Shown here: positions 1 through 8,273 of the stretch, piece after piece
Position numbering within the stretch: position 1 is the first letter of the stretch
How the letters are laid out: every line of letters starts with the position of its first letter
NCBI RefSeq assembly: GCF_051201665.1
Contig: NZ_CP179211.1
Location: 50,060-82,059, forward strand
Length of the DNA: 32,000 bases
Reading direction: 5' to 3'
Source: Psychrobium sp. nBUS_13
Lineage (GTDB): Bacteria; Pseudomonadota; Gammaproteobacteria; Enterobacterales; Psychrobiaceae
Notes under the pieces: generated by a model
The model's database searches: none
What the model saw: only the letters and a program-made list of their open reading frames with translations
What the model was told of the DNA's origin: nothing
Position numbers and translations under genes: made by a program

Positions 1-2
1 CT

Positions 3-590
3 CTTACTCCTTTAAACGAAGAAGATGATAGTGCGTTAGCAGATGAACTAGGAGATAACCTTTGGGCTGAAATAGCTAAAGAAGCTTCTAAAATCTATTC
101 AGCATCTTGGTTTAACAACTCAAAACCCGTTACTAGAGTGTCACAAAAAATACGTCGTCCAATCAACCGTGTTGTAGATAAGATATTAGACCTTTCATTT
201 TTAGATGAGAGTTTAGTTACTGTTGCTACGTCAATCACGGATGTTATGCGTCAATTACCTGCTTCTGGATATATCGAAGGTAGAGAATTTGACAACTTAA
301 CAAAATGGATGTTTGTTATGAGTGATGAAAGTAAATTACGTTTACATGCTGAGAACTCTGCGAACGCAAATGCTTATTTAGATAGCGAAGATGGACAAAA
401 AGCTGTTTCACACGCTGAACAGTTCATTGATGCTTCTACTGAGCAATTTGGTAATGTTGATCAAGTCACCACGATTGATACTGAAGACGTTACACCTGAG
501 ATAGAAACTCAATTTGAGTCTCCTATTGAAGTCGTTCAACAGCCATCGACACTATCAACGACTAATGAATTATCATTTGGTAATTGGTAG
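3..590 (+). CDS. 3' part of a larger gene whose start lies left of the window; hypothetical protein with an acidic Thr/Glu-rich C-terminal tail
   Basis: The frame is open from base 3 to TAG 588-590; LTPLNEEDDSALADELGDNLWAEIAKE... precedes the GTG at 138 used by the ORF track, so that start is probably internal. No family recognised. Confidence 0.5.
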   Translation, partial: LTPLNEEDDSALADELGDNLWAEIAKEASKIYSASWFNNSKPVTRVSQKIRRPINRVVDKILDLSFLDESLVTVATSITDVMRQLPASGYIEGREFDNLTKWMFVMSDESKLRLHAENSANANAYLDSEDGQKAVSHAEQFIDASTEQFGNVDQVTTIDTEDVTPEIETQFESPIEVVQQPSTLSTTNELSFGNW

Positions 591-596
591 CTGCCC

Positions 597-640
597 TTAA
601 GGGATTATTCCTTAAGGGATGATCCCTTTTAATTTATTTT
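597..640 (+). terminator. Probable intrinsic terminator after the first gene
   Basis: AAGGGAT (599-605) pairs with ATCCCTT (622-628) and is followed by TTTTAATTTATTTT. TTAAGGGAT is also directly repeated (597-605, 612-620). Confidence 0.5.
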
Positions 641-654
641 AAATAGGTATCAAG

Positions 655-2277
655 ATGAAAAATGTACGTAACTCTAGAAAAGAACAAGAATTGTTAGCTA
701 AATTCTCTGTTCTAACCCGTCTTATGTCTAAACAATCTGACGTTAAGATAATTATCAGTGGGAACCAGCCTTACACGACAGGTGATTTAATTGTATTGCC
801 GTGTGGGGATTTTGAAGATGCAACATATTGTGAATTACTAGAAGGTGTAGTAGATCATGAAATAGGGCATATTGATGAATCTTGCTGGAATGTTCTAAAA
901 GACTTTGCTGGTTCCCCACTGTCTAAATCAATATTGAATATTATTGAAGATGTAAGAATGGAACGCTCACGTAGTCGTAAATATGCTGGCTCAAGAATCA
1001 ACTTTTATAAGATGATTAGTCACTTGTTTAAGCGTGGATGGTTTCAACCTGTAACGATAGAACATAGCGCTCCGCAATGCCTTACTTCTTATATTCTTTT
1101 TTCTGGTCGGTTCAAATATATGGATCAAGATCAGTTTGAAGAAAGAAGCATTGGTGCGAGAGAAGTGTTAGTTGAAAAGTTTGATGCAGATTTTGTGCAA
1201 GAACTTGATCTAATACTCACTCAAATACCCAAGTGTGAGGATACAAAAGGTGCTGGTGTAATAACGGAACAGATACTTCAATTACTTGATTTAGATGACC
1301 TTCAAGAAAGCGAATCTAAGAATAATACTCATAAACAAAGTACTAGCCCTAAAGGTGAAAATATTGAAACCAGTGTTCAAGAATGCCTTGGTGCAACTAA
1401 TGATGATGTATTAGAAGATCTGCATGAAGCTATAAAAACCGAACTTTCGCAAATCGTTAAGCAGTGTATCGCTGATGGAACTTTATCTTATAGTGAATGT
1501 GATAAGTACTCGATATCGAGACAAATCATTGAACAAGATATATCGTTCATCGACGTTGCTCAAGCAAAACGTAGAAGTGGCCAAGTTCGAAACACTTTAG
1601 CTAAACAATTACATTCACTTAATCGAAAATCTGTAACTCATTCGAGGCGTGGAAGTAACATTAATGCAGCTAAACTTGGTGGAATTAAAGCAGGGAATCT
1701 TTGTGTTTTTAAAAACGAAATGATAACTCGCTCGCCAAACACTGCTATTAGTATTCTTATAGATAGGTCTTATTCTATGGAAGAATTAATAACAGAAACC
1801 AATACAAGTTCGCTTGCATTGGCTTGTGCTTTTGAAAAACTTAAAGGGGTAAAATCAGAGGTTTTGTATTATCCATTTTATCAAAAGTATGAATGTGAGG
1901 AGCAAGGGACTATTTATACATTTAGTATCCATTGCGCTAAATCATTCGATGAAAAAACGTCGGCTGTGAAAAAGTACTTTAATGTCCAATCTGAAGGTGA
2001 CACACCAACAGGTCCAGCCATGCAAGAAGCATTACGCAATCTCGCCTTACGAAAAGAACCTAAAAAAATTCTTTTTGTTATTACAGATGGAGAAGCTAAT
2101 GATGAAGAGCACGTTAGAAAAGAAGTAGCAAATGCCCAGTTATTAGGTATCGATGTTGTCCCTATTGTTCTTAAAACTTGTGTTTCAGGTTTTGAGGAAG
2201 TAGGTACCACAAGAGTTGATGATATAAGTCAGCTCCATTCGGTTATCAAAGACGCTGTAAAATTAAAACTTCTTTAA
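655..2277 (+). CDS. HExxH metallopeptidase-like N-terminal region fused to a C-terminal von Willebrand factor A (VWA) domain; CobT-like / MoxR-partner type
   Basis: HEIGH at aa 68-72 (VVDHEIGHIDES). MIDAS-type DxSxS (LIDRSYSME), followed by GDTPTGPAM and ILFVITDGEAND, the usual VWA strand/loop pattern. Confidence 0.7.
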   Translation: MKNVRNSRKEQELLAKFSVLTRLMSKQSDVKIIISGNQPYTTGDLIVLPCGDFEDATYCELLEGVVDHEIGHIDESCWNVLKDFAGSPLSKSILNIIEDVRMERSRSRKYAGSRINFYKMISHLFKRGWFQPVTIEHSAPQCLTSYILFSGRFKYMDQDQFEERSIGAREVLVEKFDADFVQELDLILTQIPKCEDTKGAGVITEQILQLLDLDDLQESESKNNTHKQSTSPKGENIETSVQECLGATNDDVLEDLHEAIKTELSQIVKQCIADGTLSYSECDKYSISRQIIEQDISFIDVAQAKRRSGQVRNTLAKQLHSLNRKSVTHSRRGSNINAAKLGGIKAGNLCVFKNEMITRSPNTAISILIDRSYSMEELITETNTSSLALACAFEKLKGVKSEVLYYPFYQKYECEEQGTIYTFSIHCAKSFDEKTSAVKKYFNVQSEGDTPTGPAMQEALRNLALRKEPKKILFVITDGEANDEEHVRKEVANAQLLGIDVVPIVLKTCVSGFEEVGTTRVDDISQLHSVIKDAVKLKLL

Positions 2278-2296
2278 CTTAATTAATAACTACTAA

Positions 2297-2363
2297 CCCA
2301 ACCGGGAGAATATCGCTCCCATTGGGGCATATCTCTCCCAAATTTAACATCTCTGGAGGAGAT
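2297..2363 (+). promoter_or_regulatory. Structured leader IG1 (hairpin A:A', decoy B, anti-SD B', SD) upstream of ORF 2367
   Basis: A CCCAACCGGGAG 2297-2308 / A' CTCCCATTGGGG 2316-2327; B GGGAGAATAT 2304-2313; B' ATATCTCTCCC 2329-2339; SD GGAGGAGAT 2355-2363. Confidence 0.55.
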
Positions 2364-2366
2364 ACT

Positions 2367-2675
2367 ATGACAACCATAATAACTAAACCCATAACTTTCG
2401 ATAGTCCCAAGCTTAGAAAAATCACTTTGTCTGATTATTACAAAGCACTTCTAAGTGCTGATTGGTTCTATCACTATAGCGATTGTTATGAAACTCGTCG
2501 TAGGGCAGTGAAAGCGATAGCCTTACTTGAAAAAATAGGTACAAGTCATCCCATAGCAAATAAAATGTGGCGTGATTGTAAAGAATACGTAGTTAATCTA
2601 TGGTCTGATCCAGATACTAAAGTATTTGATTGTCCAAAGATTAATGCGGAATTTTCGTATCTAGCAATTCACTAA
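2367..2675 (+). CDS. Small hypothetical protein (102 aa)
   Basis: ATG at 2367 sits 4 nt after GGAGGAGATACT. The ORF-track start at 2322 is a TTG inside the leader hairpin and lacks an SD. No family recognised. Confidence 0.6.
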   Translation: MTTIITKPITFDSPKLRKITLSDYYKALLSADWFYHYSDCYETRRRAVKAIALLEKIGTSHPIANKMWRDCKEYVVNLWSDPDTKVFDCPKINAEFSYLAIH

Positions 2676-2676
2676 A

Positions 2677-2744
2677 CCCATAAGGGATACACTCCTTTAT
2701 GGGACTGTATCCCTCTGAAATTTAACATCTCTTGGAGGAGATAC
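2677..2744 (+). promoter_or_regulatory. Structured leader IG2
   Basis: A CCCATAAGG 2677-2685 / A' CCTTTATGGG 2694-2703; B AGGGATACA 2683-2691; B' TGTATCCCT 2706-2714 (9/9 complementary to B); SD GGAGGAGATAC 2734-2744. Confidence 0.6.
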
Positions 2745-2745
2745 T

Positions 2746-3078
2746 ATGTGTTCAGCCCTAACAAAACCAAAGCAATTTTCAGAACCAGTTCGTATTAAGC
2801 AACCTAGCATCTTTGATGTTCTCGATATAGTAAACCCACTTGATAAAGAATGGGATTACATGTGGAGTAAACTTGAAAGTCACCGTATTAATTTGGGATT
2901 AAGCGATAAGCTTAGCGCCTGTAATTTCGGTGAAGTTTGGCAGTATTTATATACTGAAGAACGTAGCTATTTTGTTTTTTGGAAACGTCAGTGTCATGTT
3001 TTTAGACATCGATTTCATCCAAATACGAATGGTCATGAAACATTGTACATACCGGCAAGTAAGAGCTATTTAGCTTAA
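2746..3078 (+). CDS. Small hypothetical protein (110 aa), paralogue of 3160-3477
   Basis: Strong SD. Shares NFGEVWQYLYTEE...FRHRFHP...IPASKSY with the next ORF. Confidence 0.65.
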   Translation: MCSALTKPKQFSEPVRIKQPSIFDVLDIVNPLDKEWDYMWSKLESHRINLGLSDKLSACNFGEVWQYLYTEERSYFVFWKRQCHVFRHRFHPNTNGHETLYIPASKSYLA

Positions 3079-3097
3079 ACCTGCATCTAACTACTAA

Positions 3098-3158
3098 CCC
3101 ATAAGGGGGAACACCCTTTACGGGCTGTATCCCTCTAAATTTTTCTCGGAGGAGATAC
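3098..3158 (+). promoter_or_regulatory. Structured leader IG3
   Basis: A CCCATAAGGG 3098-3107 / A' CCCTTTACGGG 3114-3124; B' TGTATCCCT 3126-3134; SD GGAGGAGATAC 3148-3158. B:B' pairing is weak here. Confidence 0.5.
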
Positions 3159-3159
3159 C

Positions 3160-3477
3160 ATGCAAACCCTAAACCCTGCAACACCTGAATATTTAAACTC
3201 TTTATTCACAATTTCTAGTGAGAGTAACGAGTGGAAATATTTGGAGAACGAACTTTCTAAAATTGAGCTAAACAAAGGTATTAACCAACCGCTTGTAGCG
3301 CGAAATTATGGAGAAGTTTGGCAGTATTTATATAGTGAAGAAGCAAGATTTACTGTCTTTGGTAAAAAATCGTTTAACCACATTTTTCGCCATAGAAACC
3401 ACCCTAAAACTCATAAGTTGGAATATATTGAAATGCCAGCAAGTGATAGTTTTTGCGTAACCAAATCTCAATCTTAA
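3160..3477 (+). CDS. Small hypothetical protein (105 aa), paralogue of 2746-3078
   Basis: NYGEVWQYLYSEE...FRHRNHP...MPASDSF; strong SD. Confidence 0.65.
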   Translation: MQTLNPATPEYLNSLFTISSESNEWKYLENELSKIELNKGINQPLVARNYGEVWQYLYSEEARFTVFGKKSFNHIFRHRNHPKTHKLEYIEMPASDSFCVTKSQS

Positions 3478-3483
3478 CTAACT

Positions 3484-3549
3484 CTAATAGGAGACTAAAT
3501 TCGCCTATTAGGGCATTTAGTCTCCCTAATTTGTACTCTTGGAGGGGAC
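3484..3549 (+). promoter_or_regulatory. Structured leader IG4
   Basis: A CTAATAGG 3484-3491 / A' CCTATTAG 3504-3511 (8/8); B GGAGACTAAAT 3490-3500; B' ATTTAGTCTCC 3515-3525 (11/11 with B); SD GGAGGGGAC 3541-3549. Confidence 0.6.
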
Positions 3550-3552
3550 AAA

Positions 3553-3759
3553 ATGAAAAACACTACTACTAACATCAACTCGCTTTTAAACGAATTATTT
3601 CATCTGTATTCAAATACCTTAACTGAGTTTCTTTCAGAGATGGAAATCGTTAATACGTTTAAAAGAATTAAAAACTTATATCAACAATTAAAAGATCAGG
3701 TCACTAATAACCCCAAGTTTGAGGAAATTGGTGAGTTTGTCTTTATTACTGATATTTAA
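3553..3759 (+). CDS. Small hypothetical protein (68 aa)
   Basis: SD GGAGGGGAC lies 3 nt before the ATG. About 30% ungapped identity to the N-terminal half of the next ORF. Confidence 0.55.
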   Translation: MKNTTTNINSLLNELFHLYSNTLTEFLSEMEIVNTFKRIKNLYQQLKDQVTNNPKFEEIGEFVFITDI

Positions 3760-3819
3760 ATCAACCTTAAAGGGAATGCACTTTTGCACCCCTTTATTAC
3801 TCTCTTGGAGGAGATAATT

Positions 3820-4140
3820 ATGTCATCAATAACCAAACAGTTTGACGAAATACAACAGCTTTATTTTGTTGGCCTAGAGCAATGCTCAACAGCTGGAGAA
3901 AAAGTTAAAGTGTTTCAGAAAATACAAAGGTTACACGTTTGCTTAAAACGCAAAATTAGCAACAACAAAGCATTTAACGAGATTACTCAATATTTGCAAG
4001 GCAAGACTAGCTGTATGAACTTGTGTGGAGGGGTATGTGAAAACATTTGTCACCTTAACGCTCAAGAGTTTAATCAATATATCAAACGTAACAATTTAAC
4101 CGGTAAGTTGATTATGACGTCCATGCAATCTTTTTCGTAG
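3820..4140 (+). CDS. Small hypothetical protein (106 aa), Cys-rich C-terminal half
   Basis: ATG at 3820 follows GGAGGAGATAATT. The ORF-track start at 3784 is a TTG inside the upstream hairpin. Confidence 0.55.
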   Translation: MSSITKQFDEIQQLYFVGLEQCSTAGEKVKVFQKIQRLHVCLKRKISNNKAFNEITQYLQGKTSCMNLCGGVCENICHLNAQEFNQYIKRNNLTGKLIMTSMQSFS

Positions 4141-4277
4141 TTCAATTGGAGCAAATTATGAAAACCGATAAAATTACTAAAGTATTAGCTCTTGTCTCAC
4201 AAAATGGTGGATGGGAGTGCGTGTTGTGGTTGAATTAGCCGGACACTTCAATAAAGGATTATAATCCCGTTATTGAG

Positions 4278-4571
4278 GTGAATATGACTAAACGAACAAA
4301 TAAACATTATCCAGTAGAGTTTAAGCAAGAAGCTGTGGCGTTAGTGATTGAACAAGGCTACACGATCGTGCAAGCCGCTGCATCACTGGGTATTACAGAT
4401 AAAATACTTTATAACTGGGTCGCTAAGCATAAGAAACAAGCGCAAGGCGATACGTTATCTAATGATGAACGGGCTGAGTTAATTCAGCTAAGAAAAGAGA
4501 ATAAACGCTTACAAATGGAGCGTGAGATCCTAAAAAAGGCTTCAGCCTTCTTCGCGAAAGAAATGAAGTAA
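4278..4571 (+). CDS. IS3-family transposase OrfA (HTH)
   Basis: MTKRTNKHYPVEFKQEAVALV...NWVAKHKK, typical IS3/IS911 OrfA. Slippery A AAA AAG at 4532-4538 near its end. Confidence 0.9.
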   Translation: MNMTKRTNKHYPVEFKQEAVALVIEQGYTIVQAAASLGITDKILYNWVAKHKKQAQGDTLSNDERAELIQLRKENKRLQMEREILKKASAFFAKEMK

Positions 4572-4627
4572 GATATTCATTTATCAGAGAACTTGATGCT
4601 AAATATCCAGTATCAGTTGCCTGTAAA

Positions 4628-5440
4628 GTGATGAAAGTTAGTTCATCTGCCTATTACGTCTGGTTAAAAAGGCCTGGTGAATTAATTAGCGCTCAAACAT
4701 TAAGGTTGTATCGACGAGCTAAGGCTTTATTCAAAGCGAGTCGCAATAGCCTAGGTAGTCGAGAGCTTGCTAAAGCGCTACGTAAAGAAGGCTTTGAAAT
4801 AACCCGTTATCGTACGATTAAACTGATGGCTCGGCTTAAACTTGTTGTCACTCAGCGTATCGCCTACAAGGTGACCACTAAGCGAAAACATAGTGATGCT
4901 GTAGCAGATAACTTATTAAATATGAACTTTAATCCAGTAGCACCAAATCAAGTGTGGGCTGGTGATGTGAGTTACTTAAAAACTGGTGAAGGTTGGCTAT
5001 ATTTAGCGATTGTCATGGACTTGTATTCGCGGCGTATCGTTGGCTGGTACATATCAAAACGTATGACTCGTGACTTAGTCGAAAAGGCTTTGATAAAAGC
5101 TCATAACTTGCGTAAGCCACCAAAAGGCGTGGTGTTCCATAGCGATCGAGGCTCTCAATATACGAGCGCTGGCTTTAGGAACTTACTGGATCGTCTTGGG
5201 TGTCGAGCTAGTATGGGGGATGTTGGAGCGTGCTGGGATAATGCCGTTGTCGAGCGGTTCTTTGGTAGTTTAAAACACGATTGGTTGTTTAAGGTGCCGC
5301 AGCCAACCCGTAAACATATGCGAGACGATGTTGCTAGGTACATGAAATATTATAATGTTGAGCGACTGCATTCAGCTAATGCTGATCAGTCGCCCAATGA
5401 ATTTGAACATTCCTTTAGGAAAGTGTCCGGTTGGACTTGA
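4628..5440 (+). CDS. IS3-family transposase OrfB (DDE), expressed as an OrfAB fusion by -1 frameshift
   Basis: The -1 frame is open from the slippery site (KKGFSLLRERNEVRYSFIRELDAKYPVSVACKVMKVSSSAYY...). DDE region WAGDVSYL...HSDRGSQYTS...NAVVERFF. Confidence 0.9.
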   Translation: MMKVSSSAYYVWLKRPGELISAQTLRLYRRAKALFKASRNSLGSRELAKALRKEGFEITRYRTIKLMARLKLVVTQRIAYKVTTKRKHSDAVADNLLNMNFNPVAPNQVWAGDVSYLKTGEGWLYLAIVMDLYSRRIVGWYISKRMTRDLVEKALIKAHNLRKPPKGVVFHSDRGSQYTSAGFRNLLDRLGCRASMGDVGACWDNAVVERFFGSLKHDWLFKVPQPTRKHMRDDVARYMKYYNVERLHSANADQSPNEFEHSFRKVSGWT

Positions 5441-6524
5441 CCAGAACAGCGTTTATTCTAAATATTCTGGATTGATGAACGCAATTAAGCATTACCCTAA
5501 GCAAGTTTCCTGTCCTTTTTCTCATCAAGGTAAGACTAAATTTCGTCTTTACCCTGATTGGAATGAGACAGGTGGCGGTTATCACGAAGATTATCTCTCT
5601 TTACCGGGTGGAATCGATGTTATAGCTTTAATGGAAAATTGCACTAAAGGTGAAGCCCTAAATATCATTATTGATATTTGTGGTGGAAAATTAGAGAGCA
5701 TTTCTAAAAAAATCATACAAAAAGTATCAACTAAAACTACTGGCATTTCTAGTAAAGAAAAACAAGATCGTCGCGCTAAACTTTGCAAGATTCAATCTAA
5801 TGCAAAGTCTGCATCTGCTTCATTACCGGTTCACGTGTATTTGAGGGGGAGAGGTCTAAAAGGTGATATGTCAAAACTACCAAAAGCTTTAGGTTATGCT
5901 AAAGAATTATGGTGGGGAGATGGTGAATCAAAGCCTAGAAAAGCTTGCGGTATGCTTGGTCTATTAACAGATGTTAATAATAAACCAGTAAGCATACATA
6001 GAACGTTTCTGAACCCTAGTCACTTTGGGAAACTAGAAGTTAGTACTCCAAAGATGCTAATGAAAGCTCCTATTGGGATTAAAGGTTGTTCGATTAAGTT
6101 AGATCAACCAAAGTCTTTTATGGGAGAGGTTGTCATTGGCTTAGCGGAAGGTTTGGAAACGTGTCTTGCTGTTAGAGAAGCTGTTAGCTTTCCAATGTGG
6201 TCAACTATTAGCGCAACGCTCATGAAAGGAGTTCAAATACCTAAACATGTAACTTGTGTGTTCATTTTTGCAGATAAAGACCGTAAAGGTGTTTATCCAT
6301 CAAAAGGTGAAGCTGGCCAGATTGCTGCAAACGAATTAGCCGAAAGGTTAAGAAGTGAGGGAAAGAAAGTCTATATACTTTTACCTGATGGAGATATTCC
6401 TGATAGAAAAAATAGTATTGATTGGGATGATGTTTATGTTCAACATGGTCCTGAAGCCTTTCCTTGTCTTAACGCAGAACTCTTAGACACTGGATTTACT
6501 AAAGATTAGCTCTATTAATCTTGA

Positions 6525-6571
6525 CCCGTATTTATTGAATGCTTTGGCATTCGATAATGCGGGTTTTTTTT
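6525..6571 (+). terminator. Rho-independent terminator after the primase-like gene
   Basis: Long imperfect stem CCCGTATTTATTGAATGC-tttg-GCATTCGATAATGCGGG followed by T8. Confidence 0.8.
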
Positions 6572-7030
6572 GCCTTAAATTTGAGTTTTTAAACTCTGAA
6601 TAAGACAAGTTTGTGTTAATTTTTATCACATTGACAGAAATAGAGTTTAATGGATACTCACTGGATACATATTTTACGAGAATTAGATAACAAATGCAGA
6701 ATAATGGAAGCGCGATTACTCATTCGGCAATAGATACTATTGAACACATACTAGAAAGTATGTTCATAGAAAGTGAACTACCCAGCGACATCGAAGTATA
6801 TAGTAAAAACCGTGTCTATTTGCGTGTGAGTGAATGAAAGCCTCGTTTTATAGGGCTTGGTAGTCACCACTATAATATACACACTATGTACAATGGTGTG
6901 TATATTTATTTTGTAATTGTCGTCCGACAAAATATTTATCAGTTTGGCCGTAGATCTAACTTGCCAGGCTAGCGCCGTCACCTTGAAGTTGACACCCGCG
7001 ACGTAGACAGGTTAATGTCAGTTAAGAGCG

Positions 7031-7048
7031 ATAAGCGGAAGTTGACAT
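7031..7048. repeat. Left copy of an 18-bp inverted repeat bracketing the acdS-acdR module
   Basis: The reverse complement of ATAAGCGGAAGTTGACAT is ATGTCAACTTCCGCTTAT, versus ATGTTAACTTCCGCTTTT at 8735-8752 (15/18). GAAGTTGACA also occurs at 6985-6994. Confidence 0.6.
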
Positions 7049-7080
7049 TTCATTAAATCTACTTCCACAGTGTGTTTTAC

Positions 7081-8124
7081 TTAGCCATTTCTATAGGTGT
7101 AGCTATAACCATTAATTGCAGGTGCACCGCCTAAATGTGCATATAGCACTTTTGAGCCTTCAGGGATCAATCCTTTCTTTACCAAGTCAATCATACCTTG
7201 CATCGATTTACCTTCATAAACAGGATCTGTGATCATCGCTTCTGTCTGTGCTGCTAGTCGAATAGCTTCGTTGGTTTCATTACTTGGAACGCCGTAAGCT
7301 GGATAAGCATAATCAGGATTGATGTTTACATCTTCCTCTGTGATTTCTTGACCTAGCTCAATTAATTCAGCGGCATTTTTTGCAATCTCTGTAACCTGAG
7401 CTCTCGTTTTCTCCACAGTACCTGAAGCATCAATACCAATGACTTTATCTGCTCTACCATCTGCTTTAAAGCCCACAATCATACCTGCTTGAGTTGAGCC
7501 AGTTACAACACATACCACGATATAATCAAACTTAAATCCTAGCTCTTTTTCTTGTTCTCGAACTTCTTCAGCAAAGGCAATGTAGCCTAATGCGCCATAT
7601 TTATGAACCGAACCGCCAGCAGGGATTCCATAAGGTTTTCCACCTTCGTCTTTAACTGCCTGTATTGCTTCTTCATAGCTGCTGCGTATCCCAATATCAA
7701 AGCCATCATCAACCATGCGACTATCGGCTCCCATTAATCTGGTCATTAAAATATTGCCAACACGATCATAAACAGCATCTTCATGAGGAACCCAGCTTTC
7801 TTGCACTAATCGACACTTCATACCTAATTTTGCTGCAGTTGCCGCTACCATTCTTGTATGATTAGATTGTACGCCACCAATAGATACAAGTGTGTCGGCA
7901 CCTGAAGCAATCGCATCAGGTACAATATATTCTAATTTCCTTAGTTTATTCCCGCCCATAGCAAGACCTGAATTACAGTCTTCACGCTTGGCATATATTT
8001 CAACTTTACCGCCAAGTGCTTCTGTTAATCTAGGTAAGTGCTCTATAGGTGTTTTACCAAAAGTTAGCGGATACCTTTCAAAGTTTTTCAATAAATTATG
8101 CTTTTTCAATTTTTTCTCCATCAC
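7081..8124 (-). CDS. acdS: 1-aminocyclopropane-1-carboxylate (ACC) deaminase, PLP-dependent
   Basis: Near full-length resemblance to Pseudomonas AcdS as I recall it: [82 protein letters not shown]. Confidence 0.85.
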   Translation of the reverse strand: MMEKKLKKHNLLKNFERYPLTFGKTPIEHLPRLTEALGGKVEIYAKREDCNSGLAMGGNKLRKLEYIVPDAIASGADTLVSIGGVQSNHTRMVAATAAKLGMKCRLVQESWVPHEDAVYDRVGNILMTRLMGADSRMVDDGFDIGIRSSYEEAIQAVKDEGGKPYGIPAGGSVHKYGALGYIAFAEEVREQEKELGFKFDYIVVCVVTGSTQAGMIVGFKADGRADKVIGIDASGTVEKTRAQVTEIAKNAAELIELGQEITEEDVNINPDYAYPAYGVPSNETNEAIRLAAQTEAMITDPVYEGKSMQGMIDLVKKGLIPEGSKVLYAHLGGAPAINGYSYTYRNG

Positions 8125-8273
8125 ATAAAACGAGTAAACAATGAAGAAAATATTATCAAAACAAGAATGGAAGGTGCTTTCTATTATTTGACTTTATTTA
8201 CCTATATAATTGGAATAGATAATAAATATGACATTAAATAGTCATTACTAAGAAAATTATGAAAGGATGTTTC

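Larger units (their letters stand above)
4222..5448 (+). mobile_element. IS3-family insertion sequence, 1227 bp
   Basis: TG...CA termini. IRL is TGTTGTGGTTGAATTAGCCGGACACTT; the reverse complement of IRR is TGTTCTGGTCAAGTCCAACCGGACACTT. 3-bp direct repeat GCG at 4219-4221 and 5449-5451. orfA/orfB with an A AAA AAG slippery site. Confidence 0.9.
4158..6509 (+). pseudogene. Toprim / primase-like gene interrupted by an IS3-family element
   Basis: Removing 4222-5451 (the IS plus one TSD copy, 1230 bp) joins 4158-4221 to 5452-6509 in frame (...NGGWEC-V-YSKYSGLMNAIKHY..., 373 aa). N-terminal zinc-ribbon-like CPFSHQGKTKFRLYPDW. C-terminal Toprim-like FIFADKDRKG...GEAGQIAANELAERL...LLPDGD. Confidence 0.7.

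Noticed and set aside
2278-4140. The array of small same-strand ORFs separated by imperfect inverted repeats looked like integron gene cassettes with attC sites.
   Set aside because: The hairpins are short (about 30 nt). They lack the GTTRRRY / RYYYAAC boundary pair in the right places; only one chance ATCTAAC occurs at 3085-3091. They sit upstream of strong SDs rather than at cassette 3' ends, and no intI or attI is in the window.
5355-5451. The N-terminal 32 residues of the 384-aa ORF-track call (MLSDCIQLMLISRPMNLNIPLGKCPVGLDQNS).
   Set aside because: They are read through the end of the IS3 transposase gene and its right inverted repeat. The native gene resumes at 5452 and its real N-terminus is at 4158-4221.
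6694-6837. 47-aa plus-strand ORF (MQNNGSAITHSAIDTIEHILESMFIESELPSDIEVYSKNRVYLRVSE) followed by a small hairpin.
   Set aside because: No SD and no recognisable family. It could be real, but the evidence is too thin to annotate.
6778-6981. 67-aa minus-strand ORF in the spacer between the primase terminator and acdS.
   Set aside because: It has no SD and an odd composition, and it overlaps hairpin-forming repeats (ATATACACAC...GTGTGTATAT at about 6885-6915). It is probably non-coding.
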